Shown piece after piece: positions 35,732-45,014 of a stretch of 64,000 nucleotides of DNA. This DNA is from Armatimonadota bacterium (GTDB taxonomy: Bacteria; Armatimonadota; Zipacnadia; Zipacnadales; VGFC01): the NCBI GenBank assembly GCA_016869045.1, contig VGFC01000004.1:40-64039 (forward strand), given 5' to 3'. The notes under the pieces are model-generated. The model searched no databases, was not told the DNA's origin, and worked only from the letters and a program-made list of their open reading frames with translations. The translations under genes and the position numbers were made by a program. The first letter of the stretch is position 1; each line of letters begins with the position of its first letter.

Positions 35732-36805
35732 TCACACGATCTCGTCCGTGTACACCACCCGGCGCTCGCGGTATGACCGGTAGCCTGCGAGGTACGACCG
35801 CACGGTCAGCAGGTTGTCCTCGCCGCTGGAGATGTGCGGTCGGTCGTCGGTGATGGCGTCCATGAGGTCGCCCATGGTCCCCAGGTAGCTGTCGTTGCGC
35901 ACGCGGTCGTCGGGCAGCGTCAGGTCCCACTCAATCCACTCCTCGCCGAAGTCCTTCGAGAGCAGCCTGATCGTCGAGAACGGGTGCCCCTCAATCGCGC
36001 CCTTCGTGCCCTCGATTCGGAAGCGCCAGTGCCCGCTGCCGTGGACGGTCGTCTGGTTCAGCGCGAGGCACGCTACGGCTCCGCTCGGGAAGGTGACGCT
36101 GAACGACATCGCCATCGGTCCCCGGAAGTTCTGGCCGGGCCGACGCGTTCCGGTGCAGTAGACGCTCGCGGGCGTTTCGCCCGTCCAGAATCGCAGGAAG
36201 TCGAAGTGGTGCGCTCCCCACTCGATGTTCATGAAGTCATCCAGCCCCGCATTCCACCGGCGGTCCGGCATGACGTGCCAGTAGATGTGATCCTGGTTGC
36301 CCAGCATCTCCTCGGAGAGGTAGTACACCTCGCCGATCAGCCCCTGCCGGATCAGCTGCCACGCCGCGCGGAACACGTTTAGCCAGCGATAGTGCGAGTT
36401 CACTCCGAGCTTCACGCCGGCGCGGTTGGCGGCGGCCACCATCGAGCGTCCCTCGTCCAGCGAGCGTGCGAAGGGCTTCTGCACGAGGAGGTGCTTGCCG
36501 GCTTGCGCACAGTGCTCGACGATCTCCTGCCGACCGAAGGCCTGCGTGCTCAGGTCGATGATCTCGACCTCCGGCAGTTCGAGCATCTCACGGTAGTCGA
36601 GGAAGCCTCTCTCGATCTCGAACCTGTCGCGGACGAAGTCCAGCTCCTCCTGCTTCAGGTCGGCCACGGCCACGACGTTCAGGCCACACGCGCGGTAGGC
36701 GGGCAGGTGGTAGTTCTTCACCACCCATCCGCAGCCGATGATCCCGATTCCGTAGTCGGTCTTCTTCGGGTGTGGGCGGACGTCCAGGTCAGGCTTCGCA
36801 GCCAC
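35732..36805 (-). CDS. Gfo/Idh/MocA family oxidoreductase
   Basis: GIGIIGCGWVVKNYHLPAY Rossmann start, EKPFARSLDEGRSM family motif, C-terminal alpha/beta domain. Confidence 0.75.
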   Translation of the reverse strand: MAAKPDLDVRPHPKKTDYGIGIIGCGWVVKNYHLPAYRACGLNVVAVADLKQEELDFVRDRFEIERGFLDYREMLELPEVEIIDLSTQAFGRQEIVEHCAQAGKHLLVQKPFARSLDEGRSMVAAANRAGVKLGVNSHYRWLNVFRAAWQLIRQGLIGEVYYLSEEMLGNQDHIYWHVMPDRRWNAGLDDFMNIEWGAHHFDFLRFWTGETPASVYCTGTRRPGQNFRGPMAMSFSVTFPSGAVACLALNQTTVHGSGHWRFRIEGTKGAIEGHPFSTIRLLSKDFGEEWIEWDLTLPDDRVRNDSYLGTMGDLMDAITDDRPHISSGEDNLLTVRSYLAGYRSYRERRVVYTDEIV

Positions 36806-36894
36806 GGGGCAACCGCTCCCTTCCGCGCGGGCTGGGTTCGAGCCGGCATCCGGCGGTTCGTCAGGGGAAGGCGGCTAGCCTCTCTGGGGGCACG

Positions 36895-39003
36895 TCACGC
36901 GGGGGCTGGGGCCGGTCGAGCGTCGCGAGAGGGCTTGCTGCGAGCTGCGAGCGCGCTGTCGATGGGTTCCTGCATGCGCTCCCAGACGCCGCGCACCGTC
37001 TCCACCTCGTCCGAGCCGACCTCCGTGGGCGAGTACGCGGCCTTCACGTACAGCCCCGTGAGGTCGTCCGCATCGGGGCGCGGCATCCCACCGATGTACG
37101 CCGGAAGCGCGCGGCAGAACTCATAGGGCGTCTGGTTGTCGGCCCGCGCGTAGCCGATCAGGTCGGCGAAGGCCTGGAACGCGGCGTAGACGTGCCGCAC
37201 GACTTGCGCAGGCGTCAGCGACTCGGCGAGTACGCGGTCGGCGAAGATGTCCGCGAAGGGGTCCTCGGGGAGGCCGTCCTCCTTCAGCTTGATCCGCGGC
37301 CGCCAGCCGAAGAGGCGCGCGAGGAATGCGAGCGCCGCAGCCACGGCAGCGGCCACCCGCGCCCACGCATCGCGCATCCCCTCCTTCGTCGCCTCCCACA
37401 GCGCGCCCAGCCACCCGCGGAAGGACGGGAGGTTCTTCCGGTTCTTGTAGGCCCGGTAGATCAGGTAGGCCAGGAGCAGCAGGAGCAGCAGCAACAGGAG
37501 CAGGATCAGCAGCCAGAGCAGCAGTTGCTTCAGCAGGTCGATCGCGCCGGAGGCGCCTCGCTCGTTCTTCCCGCTCGGCTGGGCCTTCTCTTCGCCCGTC
37601 CCCGCGCCGCTCGCGTCAGCCTTGCTCTCGTCGTCCCCGCGGCCCTGGTTGCTCGCGCCGCCGCCTTCCGAGGGCCGCTCCTCTTTCTGATCCTCCCCGC
37701 TCTGTTGGCCGTCCTGGCTATCGCCCTGCTGCTCGGCGCCGGACTTGCCGGAGGCTCCCTCGCCGCCCTGTCCCCCGCTTGAGCCGGTGCCGGCCTCGCC
37801 GCCTACGTCGCCGCCCGAGCTGCCCGATCCCGCGGCGGTCTCCCTGCCGGCCTTCTCACCGTTGGAGCCGCCCGTGGGAGTCGGATTGTCGTCCTCCCCC
37901 GCCTTCGCGTGCTTGCCCGCCTCGGCCCCTTCCGCGCCGCTCGAGGAGCCTTGGTCCTCGTCGGCCCGGTGGTCGCCGCCCGCGTCGGCGCGCGGCTTCC
38001 GCGAGCCCCAGGCCGGCCCGTTGTTCCACGGCGTCTCCGGCGGCTCCCGCCAACCGCTGAGGCCCCGCGCGACCCGCTCCCTCGCACGCTCCACCGCATG
38101 GACTCGCGGCAAGAGCGCCGCCATGGCCAGGATGACCGCCACGATGGCCATGCTCGCCGCAGCCCACACCGGCGTGATGGTGGTCGCCACGCGGATGCGA
38201 CGCTTCCGCGCGGACATCCGCAGCGACGACAGCGACGTCAGCGCCAGCAGCACCAGCGCGAAGAACGAGTAGGACACCATGCACAAGAAGGCGTGGCGCC
38301 GATGCGACTCCGACGAGGCGCCGACGAGCTGCTGGCCGAGCGCGAAGATAATGAGCGCCGCCAGCGAGGTCCACATCAGCACCCAACCCGGGTGGCGGGG
38401 CGTGTCGCCGCGATCGGTCTTCTTGCGCTTGGGCCGCGGGCGCGCCGCAGTCAGCAGGCCTCGGTCCTCCATGACCTCGTAGTTCTCCTCCGCCGTGCAC
38501 GCACGCGTCACCACTCCGGCAATCCACCAGATCACGCCGACCAGCGCGTAGTTGAACACGAGCGCCACGACCTGGCTCGCCGTGTCCGACGAGCCCACGA
38601 ACGAGCCGGAGTACATCGTCACATGGAAGACGAACAGGATCATCGCCAGCGCGAGGCCCAGCATGTACGGCAAGGCCAGGATGTGCGCGCCGTACCGGCT
38701 TCTCATGCGGGTGGTGAGAATCGTGCCGAGCAGGAACCAGAAGCAGACCCAGCGCAGCCCACTCACGCCGCGGTCCCCGATGGCCCCGCGCAGGTCGATC
38801 AGGTAGTAGAAGAAGCTGGCGAGCAACCCGAAGACGGCAACGGGGATCAGGACCTCCGTCAGCCAATCGAACGAGGGCTGTGCAGGCGGCGCCTCGATGG
38901 CTTCCGCCTCAGGCGGAGCCTCAGCCGGAGGCGGCGTCGGCCGCGGCGGCGGGGGAGCCGCGCTCGGCCGCTCGGCGGGTGGTCGGAAGTCCCAGGCGTC
39001 CAT
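36895..39003 (-). CDS. multi-pass membrane protein with long acidic Gly/Ser/Glu low-complexity linker, poly-Leu TM and DUF4129-like C-terminal domain
   Basis: 702 aa: N-terminal Pro-rich region, at least 6 TM helices, a 170-aa G/S/E/D/Q-rich disordered region, an L11 run (LLLWLLILLLLLLLLLLLAYLIY), and a C-terminus with PYEFCRAL… as in DUF4129. Confidence 0.4.
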   Translation of the reverse strand: MDAWDFRPPAERPSAAPPPPRPTPPPAEAPPEAEAIEAPPAQPSFDWLTEVLIPVAVFGLLASFFYYLIDLRGAIGDRGVSGLRWVCFWFLLGTILTTRMRSRYGAHILALPYMLGLALAMILFVFHVTMYSGSFVGSSDTASQVVALVFNYALVGVIWWIAGVVTRACTAEENYEVMEDRGLLTAARPRPKRKKTDRGDTPRHPGWVLMWTSLAALIIFALGQQLVGASSESHRRHAFLCMVSYSFFALVLLALTSLSSLRMSARKRRIRVATTITPVWAAASMAIVAVILAMAALLPRVHAVERARERVARGLSGWREPPETPWNNGPAWGSRKPRADAGGDHRADEDQGSSSGAEGAEAGKHAKAGEDDNPTPTGGSNGEKAGRETAAGSGSSGGDVGGEAGTGSSGGQGGEGASGKSGAEQQGDSQDGQQSGEDQKEERPSEGGGASNQGRGDDESKADASGAGTGEEKAQPSGKNERGASGAIDLLKQLLLWLLILLLLLLLLLLLAYLIYRAYKNRKNLPSFRGWLGALWEATKEGMRDAWARVAAAVAAALAFLARLFGWRPRIKLKEDGLPEDPFADIFADRVLAESLTPAQVVRHVYAAFQAFADLIGYARADNQTPYEFCRALPAYIGGMPRPDADDLTGLYVKAAYSPTEVGSDEVETVRGVWERMQEPIDSALAARSKPSRDARPAPAPA

Positions 39004-39122
39004 GTCGGGGCGGCGGACTCCTGTGCGCAGGTCCCAGGCTCAGACTAAGGACGACCGAACCTGGCCGTTCCCTACAGTATACACCAGAACCGCCCGCGTC
39101 TACACGCCGAAGTGCGGCGTCA

Positions 39123-39210
39123 AGGACTGTCCAAGTCTCGATCCCACAGGGATCGAGACGCAGGACTGTCCCTTGTTGGCGGTGGGGTCCTGGAACTCCC
39201 TCTAGTCTCC
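39123..39210. repeat. family D element copy 2: AGGACTGTCC - hairpin (gtctcgatccc/gggatcgagac) - AGGACTGTCCCTTGTTGGCGGTGG…CCCTCTAGTCTCC
   Basis: Read directly. Same conserved flanks as copy 1 at 17080-17166 with an unrelated internal hairpin. Overlaps the last codons of the downstream secreted-protein gene. Confidence 0.6.
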
Positions 39211-40845
39211 CGGTGCCTGCCGTGTGACGATGGGAACATACCCTACCTCGAAGCCCCGCGGCGGGGTCACGATCAGCCTCGGGTCGATTCCCGCCAGCCT
39301 TCCGCGTGCGGGCGGCGCGAGGTAGTCGCGGTCCTTCTTCCAGCTCCGATGGATTCTCTCGACCCGGGCCTGCATGTCCTCTCGCTCCGCGGGCGTCAGA
39401 TCGGCGTTGAGCAGTGCCGGCTGGTCCGCGAACCGGTACCAGTAGTAGGTCACCACGCTCCCGTCCCCGAGGCGCGCCTCGAAGGGTCCTGCAACCGGGC
39501 CGGGCCTCTTCCAGCAGCTGTTCGGATCGTCGGGCGTGACGTATGCCTCGGGCTGGGGCTCGGCGGGCCGGTCGAAGCGCACCTGGGCCAGACCCGTCTC
39601 GGCCGGCACGTCCTCGGCCCGAACCGGGACCCACTCTGTCTTCTTGCCGTCGTTGACCAAGTGGTAGTACTGAGGCAGCGTTGCCAGCAGACCGTCCTTC
39701 GAGCCGCTCCTGGAGACCAGTTCGTAGTTCCACCGGTATCCGAAGGTGGTGGGGTCCGGCGCCTGGGGAGTCGCAAAGGAAGTCCAGGCGACGGGCCTCC
39801 TCTCCTCATTCGGTGTGGACGGGGCGTAGATTCTCCAGGTTGCCCCTCCGCCTCCGCTGAAGGTGTGCAGAACGGCTCCCTGCGGATCGATGGCGCCGCT
39901 GGCCTCGGGCCCGCCCTCAAACCACGCCTTCACGCCGTCCCATAGCGCAGCCTTGTTGTAGGACGTGACATGGTGAACGACGACCGAATCGCCCTCCGGC
40001 CCCCGGGGGAAGGAGGTTGGGGCGATCCGCGCCCACGTCTCGCCCTTGGCGTCGACCGCCTGGACGCTGGGGATGTACTGGGTCTCCATCTGCAGCGCCC
40101 TGTTGGGCTCGGAGGGACGGCTGTCCAGCAGCATCCCGGCCAGGCGAGGCTCCGGCACGGTGGAACGCGACCAGAAACAGGGCAGGAAGAAGGCGACCGG
40201 ACCCTTGAAGTTCCGCGTGTTCAGGAACAGCGTCCAGCACTGGTCGCCCGTCGGGACGTCCTTGCCGTCCGTGGTGGACTTGGCCTTCGTGAGCGGAAGC
40301 GGGAGGTACCCGTAGCCGAACAACTCGCCGCAGGTACCTTGCGCCAGGTTCAGCCCATCCGGCGGCCAGAGCACCCAGGGACTGAGCTGGGCCACTCCGT
40401 AGAGGCCCGTCGGGTTGTCCCAGTCCCGGCCCTTGCCCGCTCCGGGCCCGTTGGCCCATTCCACGAAGTTCAGGGCCACGCCGCCCATGATGAACTTCGG
40501 CGTCTCCGTGGCGAAGCGCGTGTCGCGCCACCACCCCAGGCCGCCCTCGATGTCGGAGTACGCGTTCTTGGGCGCCGGACCGTCGTACTGGGCGAACATC
40601 CATGTGCCGGGTAGACCGGTCTGGAACTGATGCCCCGGATACGTCTTCAGCAGCGGCCAGGCCGCCACGTACATCGAGAACCCGGCGTTGTACGTCTCCG
40701 GGACTCTCTCGTTCGGCACGAGCAGGTACCCGGCCATCTCGCCTTCCTCGATCCTGCCGTCGGTCGCGAACACGGAACCTTCGGGCCAGACGCATGCGAC
40801 CGCCAGGCAGGCGATGAGCAGCTCGACGAAACTCCTTGTCACCAT
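39202..40845 (-). CDS. secreted hypothetical protein (signal peptide; function unknown)
   Basis: 547-aa ORF, N-terminal MVTRSFVELLIACLAVACVWP; Trp/Gly-rich, no recognisable catalytic motif. Confidence 0.35.
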   Translation of the reverse strand: MVTRSFVELLIACLAVACVWPEGSVFATDGRIEEGEMAGYLLVPNERVPETYNAGFSMYVAAWPLLKTYPGHQFQTGLPGTWMFAQYDGPAPKNAYSDIEGGLGWWRDTRFATETPKFIMGGVALNFVEWANGPGAGKGRDWDNPTGLYGVAQLSPWVLWPPDGLNLAQGTCGELFGYGYLPLPLTKAKSTTDGKDVPTGDQCWTLFLNTRNFKGPVAFFLPCFWSRSTVPEPRLAGMLLDSRPSEPNRALQMETQYIPSVQAVDAKGETWARIAPTSFPRGPEGDSVVVHHVTSYNKAALWDGVKAWFEGGPEASGAIDPQGAVLHTFSGGGGATWRIYAPSTPNEERRPVAWTSFATPQAPDPTTFGYRWNYELVSRSGSKDGLLATLPQYYHLVNDGKKTEWVPVRAEDVPAETGLAQVRFDRPAEPQPEAYVTPDDPNSCWKRPGPVAGPFEARLGDGSVVTYYWYRFADQPALLNADLTPAEREDMQARVERIHRSWKKDRDYLAPPARGRLAGIDPRLIVTPPRGFEVGYVPIVTRQAPGD

Positions 40846-40854
40846 GACCGCACC

Positions 40855-41763
40855 TCATCCCATCGCGGTAGACGTCTGCTCGACCCGCGCAATGCACGCC
40901 CCCTCGCGCTCCGCGGCCTCGGCCAACAGCTTCACCCTGGCCTCCGCCTCCAGCTCCTTGCTGGCACACCGCTCCAGGAGACCGGCGATCGCAGCGTACT
41001 CCTCGGCCAGCCCCACGGCCTCCGCGCCGGACGGCAGCAGAGCGGCGACCTCCCGGAAGTAGTCCGCGGCACGCGCGCGGCACTCCGCCCACACCGTCCC
41101 GTTCCACCAGTTCCCGTGGCTCGCGCCCTGGCCCGCTTTGACCGCCGCCGACCAGTTCGCGTACCCGTCGGGCCCCATGCCATAGTGCTCGCCCGTGTGG
41201 GCCTTCGCGTTCCGCCACAAGTCCACCGCGTAGCGCAGGCTGTCCGCAACGGCCTTGCGCAGGTCCGCGGGCTCGCAGCGGTGCAGCACGTGGAAGTCGA
41301 CATGGAACTTGTCGCCGAGTTCGGCCCACGTGCCGAATGCCAGGTGCTTCGGCGGGAAGTCGTGGCCGGGCCAGGGCTGGGTGGTGAGGAAGCCGGTGTC
41401 GTCCCAGCCCATGATGAGCTGGTTTTCCATGTTCACGAGCATGCAGGGCGCGCCCGCCCCGAGGCTCTCCCGGAGGCGGCACTCGACGGTCGCGCGCTCC
41501 TCGGCCGTACTGCCGCCGTGGAAGAACCCGAGCGGCTCCCGATGCAGGCCCACGTTCTCCAGTAGAGCGTCCAGCGGACGCGCGTCCCAGCAGTACGGCC
41601 CGCTGGGGCACAGCTCCCTGTGGATGTTGAGCACGAAGGCGTGCCCGCTCGCGCCGTAGAGAACCGCGTCCCAGACGGCGAGGCCGTAATGGTCGAGCGC
41701 TCCCCGCAGAGCGCCCATCATCGTGCAGTTGAACGGCGCCTGCCTGAGGTTCTCAAGCTGCAT
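40855..41763 (-). CDS. BtrH_N/DUF4872-like (peptidase C39-fold) domain protein, function unknown
   Basis: NCTMMGALRGAL…GASGHAFVLN…CMLVNMENQLIMGWDDTGFLT and a C-terminal helical domain, paralogous to 17193-18299. Confidence 0.45.
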   Translation of the reverse strand: MQLENLRQAPFNCTMMGALRGALDHYGLAVWDAVLYGASGHAFVLNIHRELCPSGPYCWDARPLDALLENVGLHREPLGFFHGGSTAEERATVECRLRESLGAGAPCMLVNMENQLIMGWDDTGFLTTQPWPGHDFPPKHLAFGTWAELGDKFHVDFHVLHRCEPADLRKAVADSLRYAVDLWRNAKAHTGEHYGMGPDGYANWSAAVKAGQGASHGNWWNGTVWAECRARAADYFREVAALLPSGAEAVGLAEEYAAIAGLLERCASKELEAEARVKLLAEAAEREGACIARVEQTSTAMG

Positions 41764-41821
41764 GGCCCCTGCTCCTTCCTTGCCTTGGGACTCCCTGACG
41801 TGTCATCGTAGGCCCACGTAT

Positions 41822-41905
41822 CTCGTAGGTCGGGATTCCAATCCCGACACTGCCTTTCAACACAATCCGTGCTCTGCCCACGGCCGGGCGCAGCACGCTG
41901 CGCCC
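41822..41905. repeat. family B partial copy plus flanking hairpin (…gtcgggattccaatcccgacactgcctttcaacacaatc cgtgctctgccc … gggcgcagcacgctgcgccc)
   Basis: Right-half MITE-B sequence and the same CGTGCTCTGCCC extension and second hairpin as the full copy at 59041. Confidence 0.55.
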
Positions 41906-44905
41906 CTACTTCAGCCTCCACAGCCGCGTGCTTTCTCCCCCCATCTCGACCCGGAACTCCGTCGCCTCCTCCGCAATCGTCTCTCCGCTGAAGAGGTCCG
42001 TGACGGTCGCCCGCTTCGGCAGCCGAACCGTCCGCGTGCCGGCGTTGTCCACGAACAGCGACAGCAGGCTCGCGTTCGCATAGACCGTGTCATCGCCGTC
42101 CACGTAGATGTGCACGCCGGCGTCGCGGGCCAGCTTGCGCAGCAACCGCGCCGGCAGTACCGGCGCCGCCGAGAAGATCGAAGTCCAGCCATCCATCTGT
42201 TTGACCACCAGGCCCGCGCGCTCGCTGCCCGCGAGCTTCCCGAGCACCTGCGCCTCGGGATCGTCCGCCCACACGACCGGGGCGAAGGCCTGGTCTGTCC
42301 CGTATGCGCTGCCATCCGCGAGCGCCACCTTCAGCGGCGCCGCCTCCTCGCTGAAGCGCAGGCGGATGCCCGTGAGGTCGAGCATCGACCGCTCGTCGAG
42401 CTTCCCGCCGCGCACGAGCCCCGGCGCGTAGAGCCACAGAGCCGTCGCGCCGTTGCGCTTGACGACCGTCTCGATGGCCGCGCGCTGCTCGCCCGTCGGC
42501 GCCCACGCATTCGCCAGGATGTACAGTCGCTGCGGCGGCATGTCCGCCAGGTCGCTCAGGTCGTAGTACCCGAACGGCGCGCCGCACCGGCCTAGCTGCG
42601 GGAGCTGGTGCAGCATGAACCAGTCGGTCACGCCGTTGTGGCTGCGCAGGTACCCGAGGCTTTGCGGATCGACGATGAACGCGATCTGGCTGACCGGCCG
42701 GCGATCCCACGCGACCGTCTCATCGGCGATCGCCTTCATCTGCCCGATGTCCTTCAGGATGCGCGGGTCGTCGTACCAGCCGCCGCCCATGTCGAACCAC
42801 CACTTGCCGCACGCGTTCGAGATGACGTTCGCAAACTCGCGCTGCTGCATCGCGAGGCTGCCCTCGTACGTGTCCTGCTTACCCCACTCACCCTTCTGGC
42901 CGCCGGTCAGCCACGTGCGGATGTCGTTCTCGTCGAACCACATCTTCCCGTGCAGCTTCACCGAGTCCGTGAGCGACATGAAGTGGCTGAAGCCGCCCGC
43001 CAGATTCCGGAACGCGTAGCTCGTCGGGCTGGTCAGGAAGTCCACGTCCGGCGACTGCCAGACCTTGAGCGGCGCGAGGTGCCCCGCGTTCTGCTGGCGC
43101 TGCTCGAAGAGCTGCAGCACGTATCCGTAGAACGTGCCAAACAGCGTTTCGCCGTTCGTCGCCTGCTTCACGACACGCGCGAAGTAGTCGATCGTCTCGG
43201 CCGTGAGGTCAGACAGGAAGAGCTGGAAGTCGATGACATCCCGCGCGGAGGTCGGATCGCGGAACGCCCCGTGCTCCGTCGCGACGCGCTTCTGGTAGCG
43301 CGGAATCGCCGCCGTCGCCAGCGTGACGCCCGCCTGCCCCCACGCCTGCTGCAGGGCCGCATCCGTCCCGTACTTCGCCGTGAGCCACTGGCGGAAAGCC
43401 TCCACCGTCGGCTTGCTGTAGTCGCAGTACTTGCCCTCGTTGGCGCCCCAGTACATCCACTCCTCGGTGGTCCCGCTCGCGACGTGGTACCCGATCACCC
43501 GGTCCGCGTAGGGCGCCTGGCGGATGTGCTCGATGTACCTGGTCAGCGCATACGCGGTGTCCGTGCGCCAGACCTCCGACGCCCAGGACGGGCACGGCTT
43601 CCGCTCCGTCTCGTAGAAGAGCTTCGACTCGCCCTCGCCGTCATCGTAGAGCACGAGATGGTCGGGATGCAGCTTGTCCCACCAGTCCGGCGAGTTCACG
43701 TAGACCCGCGGGAAGATGTACGCGTTCGGGTCCGCCTCCAGGATCTTCAGGATCTGCTCGTCGAGCTGGCTGAAGTCGAAGTGGTCGCCCGGCTCCAGCC
43801 ACGCCTGCCGCGCGAAGCCCTGCCACGTGTGGCGGCTGCACGTCGAGGGGAACGAGTAGATGTGCACCCCGTGCTCGCCGACCTGCCCGTAGTACTTCGA
43901 GTTCGGGTTGTACGTCATGTAGACCATCGCCGAGTTCGGCTTCCCGTCGATGAACAGCGTCGGCGCGCCGTTGTGCATCTTCACCTTCGCGACAACGGGC
44001 TTCGGTGTGCGCTGGTTCATCTTCACCGTTCCGATCACCCCATCCGTGCGGTCCTTGTACACGACATCCGCGAAGCCCACGCGCAGCTGCACCTCATGCG
44101 GCCCGCCCCAGGCATAGCGCGGAATGCGAAGCTCTGTGCTGACCTCTACCTCGGCCCCGACCGGCCACTCGGCCGGCCGCGTCGCGGTGGTCACCGCCTG
44201 CTCCACCATGGGTTCGCCGTTGCGTAGCAGCCGCAGCGCAACCTCCGCGTCGGCCGGCAGCGCATCCGCCGCCTTCACCCGCAGGCGCAGCGGAACCGTC
44301 GCTCCCGCCTCGGCGCGCTCCGGTAGTTCCACCTCGCTGACGCTCACGAGTGGCGGTTTCGGCCGCTGCACGCTCAGCTCACCGAGGAAGACCTCGTACT
44401 TCACATCCGCCTTCACATCGAACGCGATGATCGCGAGGTACTTCGCGGGCCAGTTGAACGCACCGTCCGGGTCCTTCGACCATCCCGCGAGCGCGAACTC
44501 GCTCCACGGCCAATCGACTCGCTGCCACTTCCCGTCCGCCTCCAACCGCACCGGCTTGGGCGTGTACTCCGCATTCCCCCGGTCGGCGATCTTCACCGAC
44601 AGCGTGAATGGCGCGTCCGTGTTCCGGATCAGCAGCGAGAGCGTCTCAAAGGGCCGCTCGATCTCGCGCCGCCGGAAGATGTCGTTGAACCCGAACCCCG
44701 GCTTCATCGTGAAGGCCCAGCGCGTCACGTCTCCGCGCTCCGGGTCCTTCGCGTCCTCCAGGCTCCACTCCGTCATTTCGCTGCGCAGGCGCGCCTCATC
44801 CCGCGCAAGGTCGAAAGCCGCAGACGGATGCCCGGGCCACAGGACCTCGGTGCGCATCTCCTGGGTGCTACCTGAGCAGGCCAGCAAAGCCAGCAACGCC
44901 AGCAT
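41906..44905 (-). CDS. large lipoprotein, putative glycoside hydrolase (clan GH-A/GH42-like TIM barrel with N-terminal beta-sandwich domains)
   Basis: Start MLALLALLACSGST (lipobox). A central region with GH-A-like strand motifs (…YIFPRVYVNSPDWW…, …EEWMYWGANEG…) weakly suggests a TIM-barrel hydrolase; family is not certain. The N-terminal 34 track codons lie in family A repeat. Confidence 0.35.
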   Translation of the reverse strand: MLALLALLACSGSTQEMRTEVLWPGHPSAAFDLARDEARLRSEMTEWSLEDAKDPERGDVTRWAFTMKPGFGFNDIFRRREIERPFETLSLLIRNTDAPFTLSVKIADRGNAEYTPKPVRLEADGKWQRVDWPWSEFALAGWSKDPDGAFNWPAKYLAIIAFDVKADVKYEVFLGELSVQRPKPPLVSVSEVELPERAEAGATVPLRLRVKAADALPADAEVALRLLRNGEPMVEQAVTTATRPAEWPVGAEVEVSTELRIPRYAWGGPHEVQLRVGFADVVYKDRTDGVIGTVKMNQRTPKPVVAKVKMHNGAPTLFIDGKPNSAMVYMTYNPNSKYYGQVGEHGVHIYSFPSTCSRHTWQGFARQAWLEPGDHFDFSQLDEQILKILEADPNAYIFPRVYVNSPDWWDKLHPDHLVLYDDGEGESKLFYETERKPCPSWASEVWRTDTAYALTRYIEHIRQAPYADRVIGYHVASGTTEEWMYWGANEGKYCDYSKPTVEAFRQWLTAKYGTDAALQQAWGQAGVTLATAAIPRYQKRVATEHGAFRDPTSARDVIDFQLFLSDLTAETIDYFARVVKQATNGETLFGTFYGYVLQLFEQRQQNAGHLAPLKVWQSPDVDFLTSPTSYAFRNLAGGFSHFMSLTDSVKLHGKMWFDENDIRTWLTGGQKGEWGKQDTYEGSLAMQQREFANVISNACGKWWFDMGGGWYDDPRILKDIGQMKAIADETVAWDRRPVSQIAFIVDPQSLGYLRSHNGVTDWFMLHQLPQLGRCGAPFGYYDLSDLADMPPQRLYILANAWAPTGEQRAAIETVVKRNGATALWLYAPGLVRGGKLDERSMLDLTGIRLRFSEEAAPLKVALADGSAYGTDQAFAPVVWADDPEAQVLGKLAGSERAGLVVKQMDGWTSIFSAAPVLPARLLRKLARDAGVHIYVDGDDTVYANASLLSLFVDNAGTRTVRLPKRATVTDLFSGETIAEEATEFRVEMGGESTRLWRLK

Positions 44906-44960
44906 GTGTGCCGTCACTCCTCCCACGCGGGGCTCCGTGGTTCCCGTCCTCGCCGCCCTC

Positions 44961-45014
44961 ATGTAGGGGCGCGATTCATCGCGCCCAAGTGTAGGGGCGC
45001 CATTCATGGCGCCC
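44961..45014. repeat. family A hairpin array copy 4 (two units)
   Basis: atgtaggggcgcgattcatcgcgccc aagtgtaggggcgccattcatggcgccc, between the beta-helix gene stop and the GH-like gene start. Confidence 0.7.
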
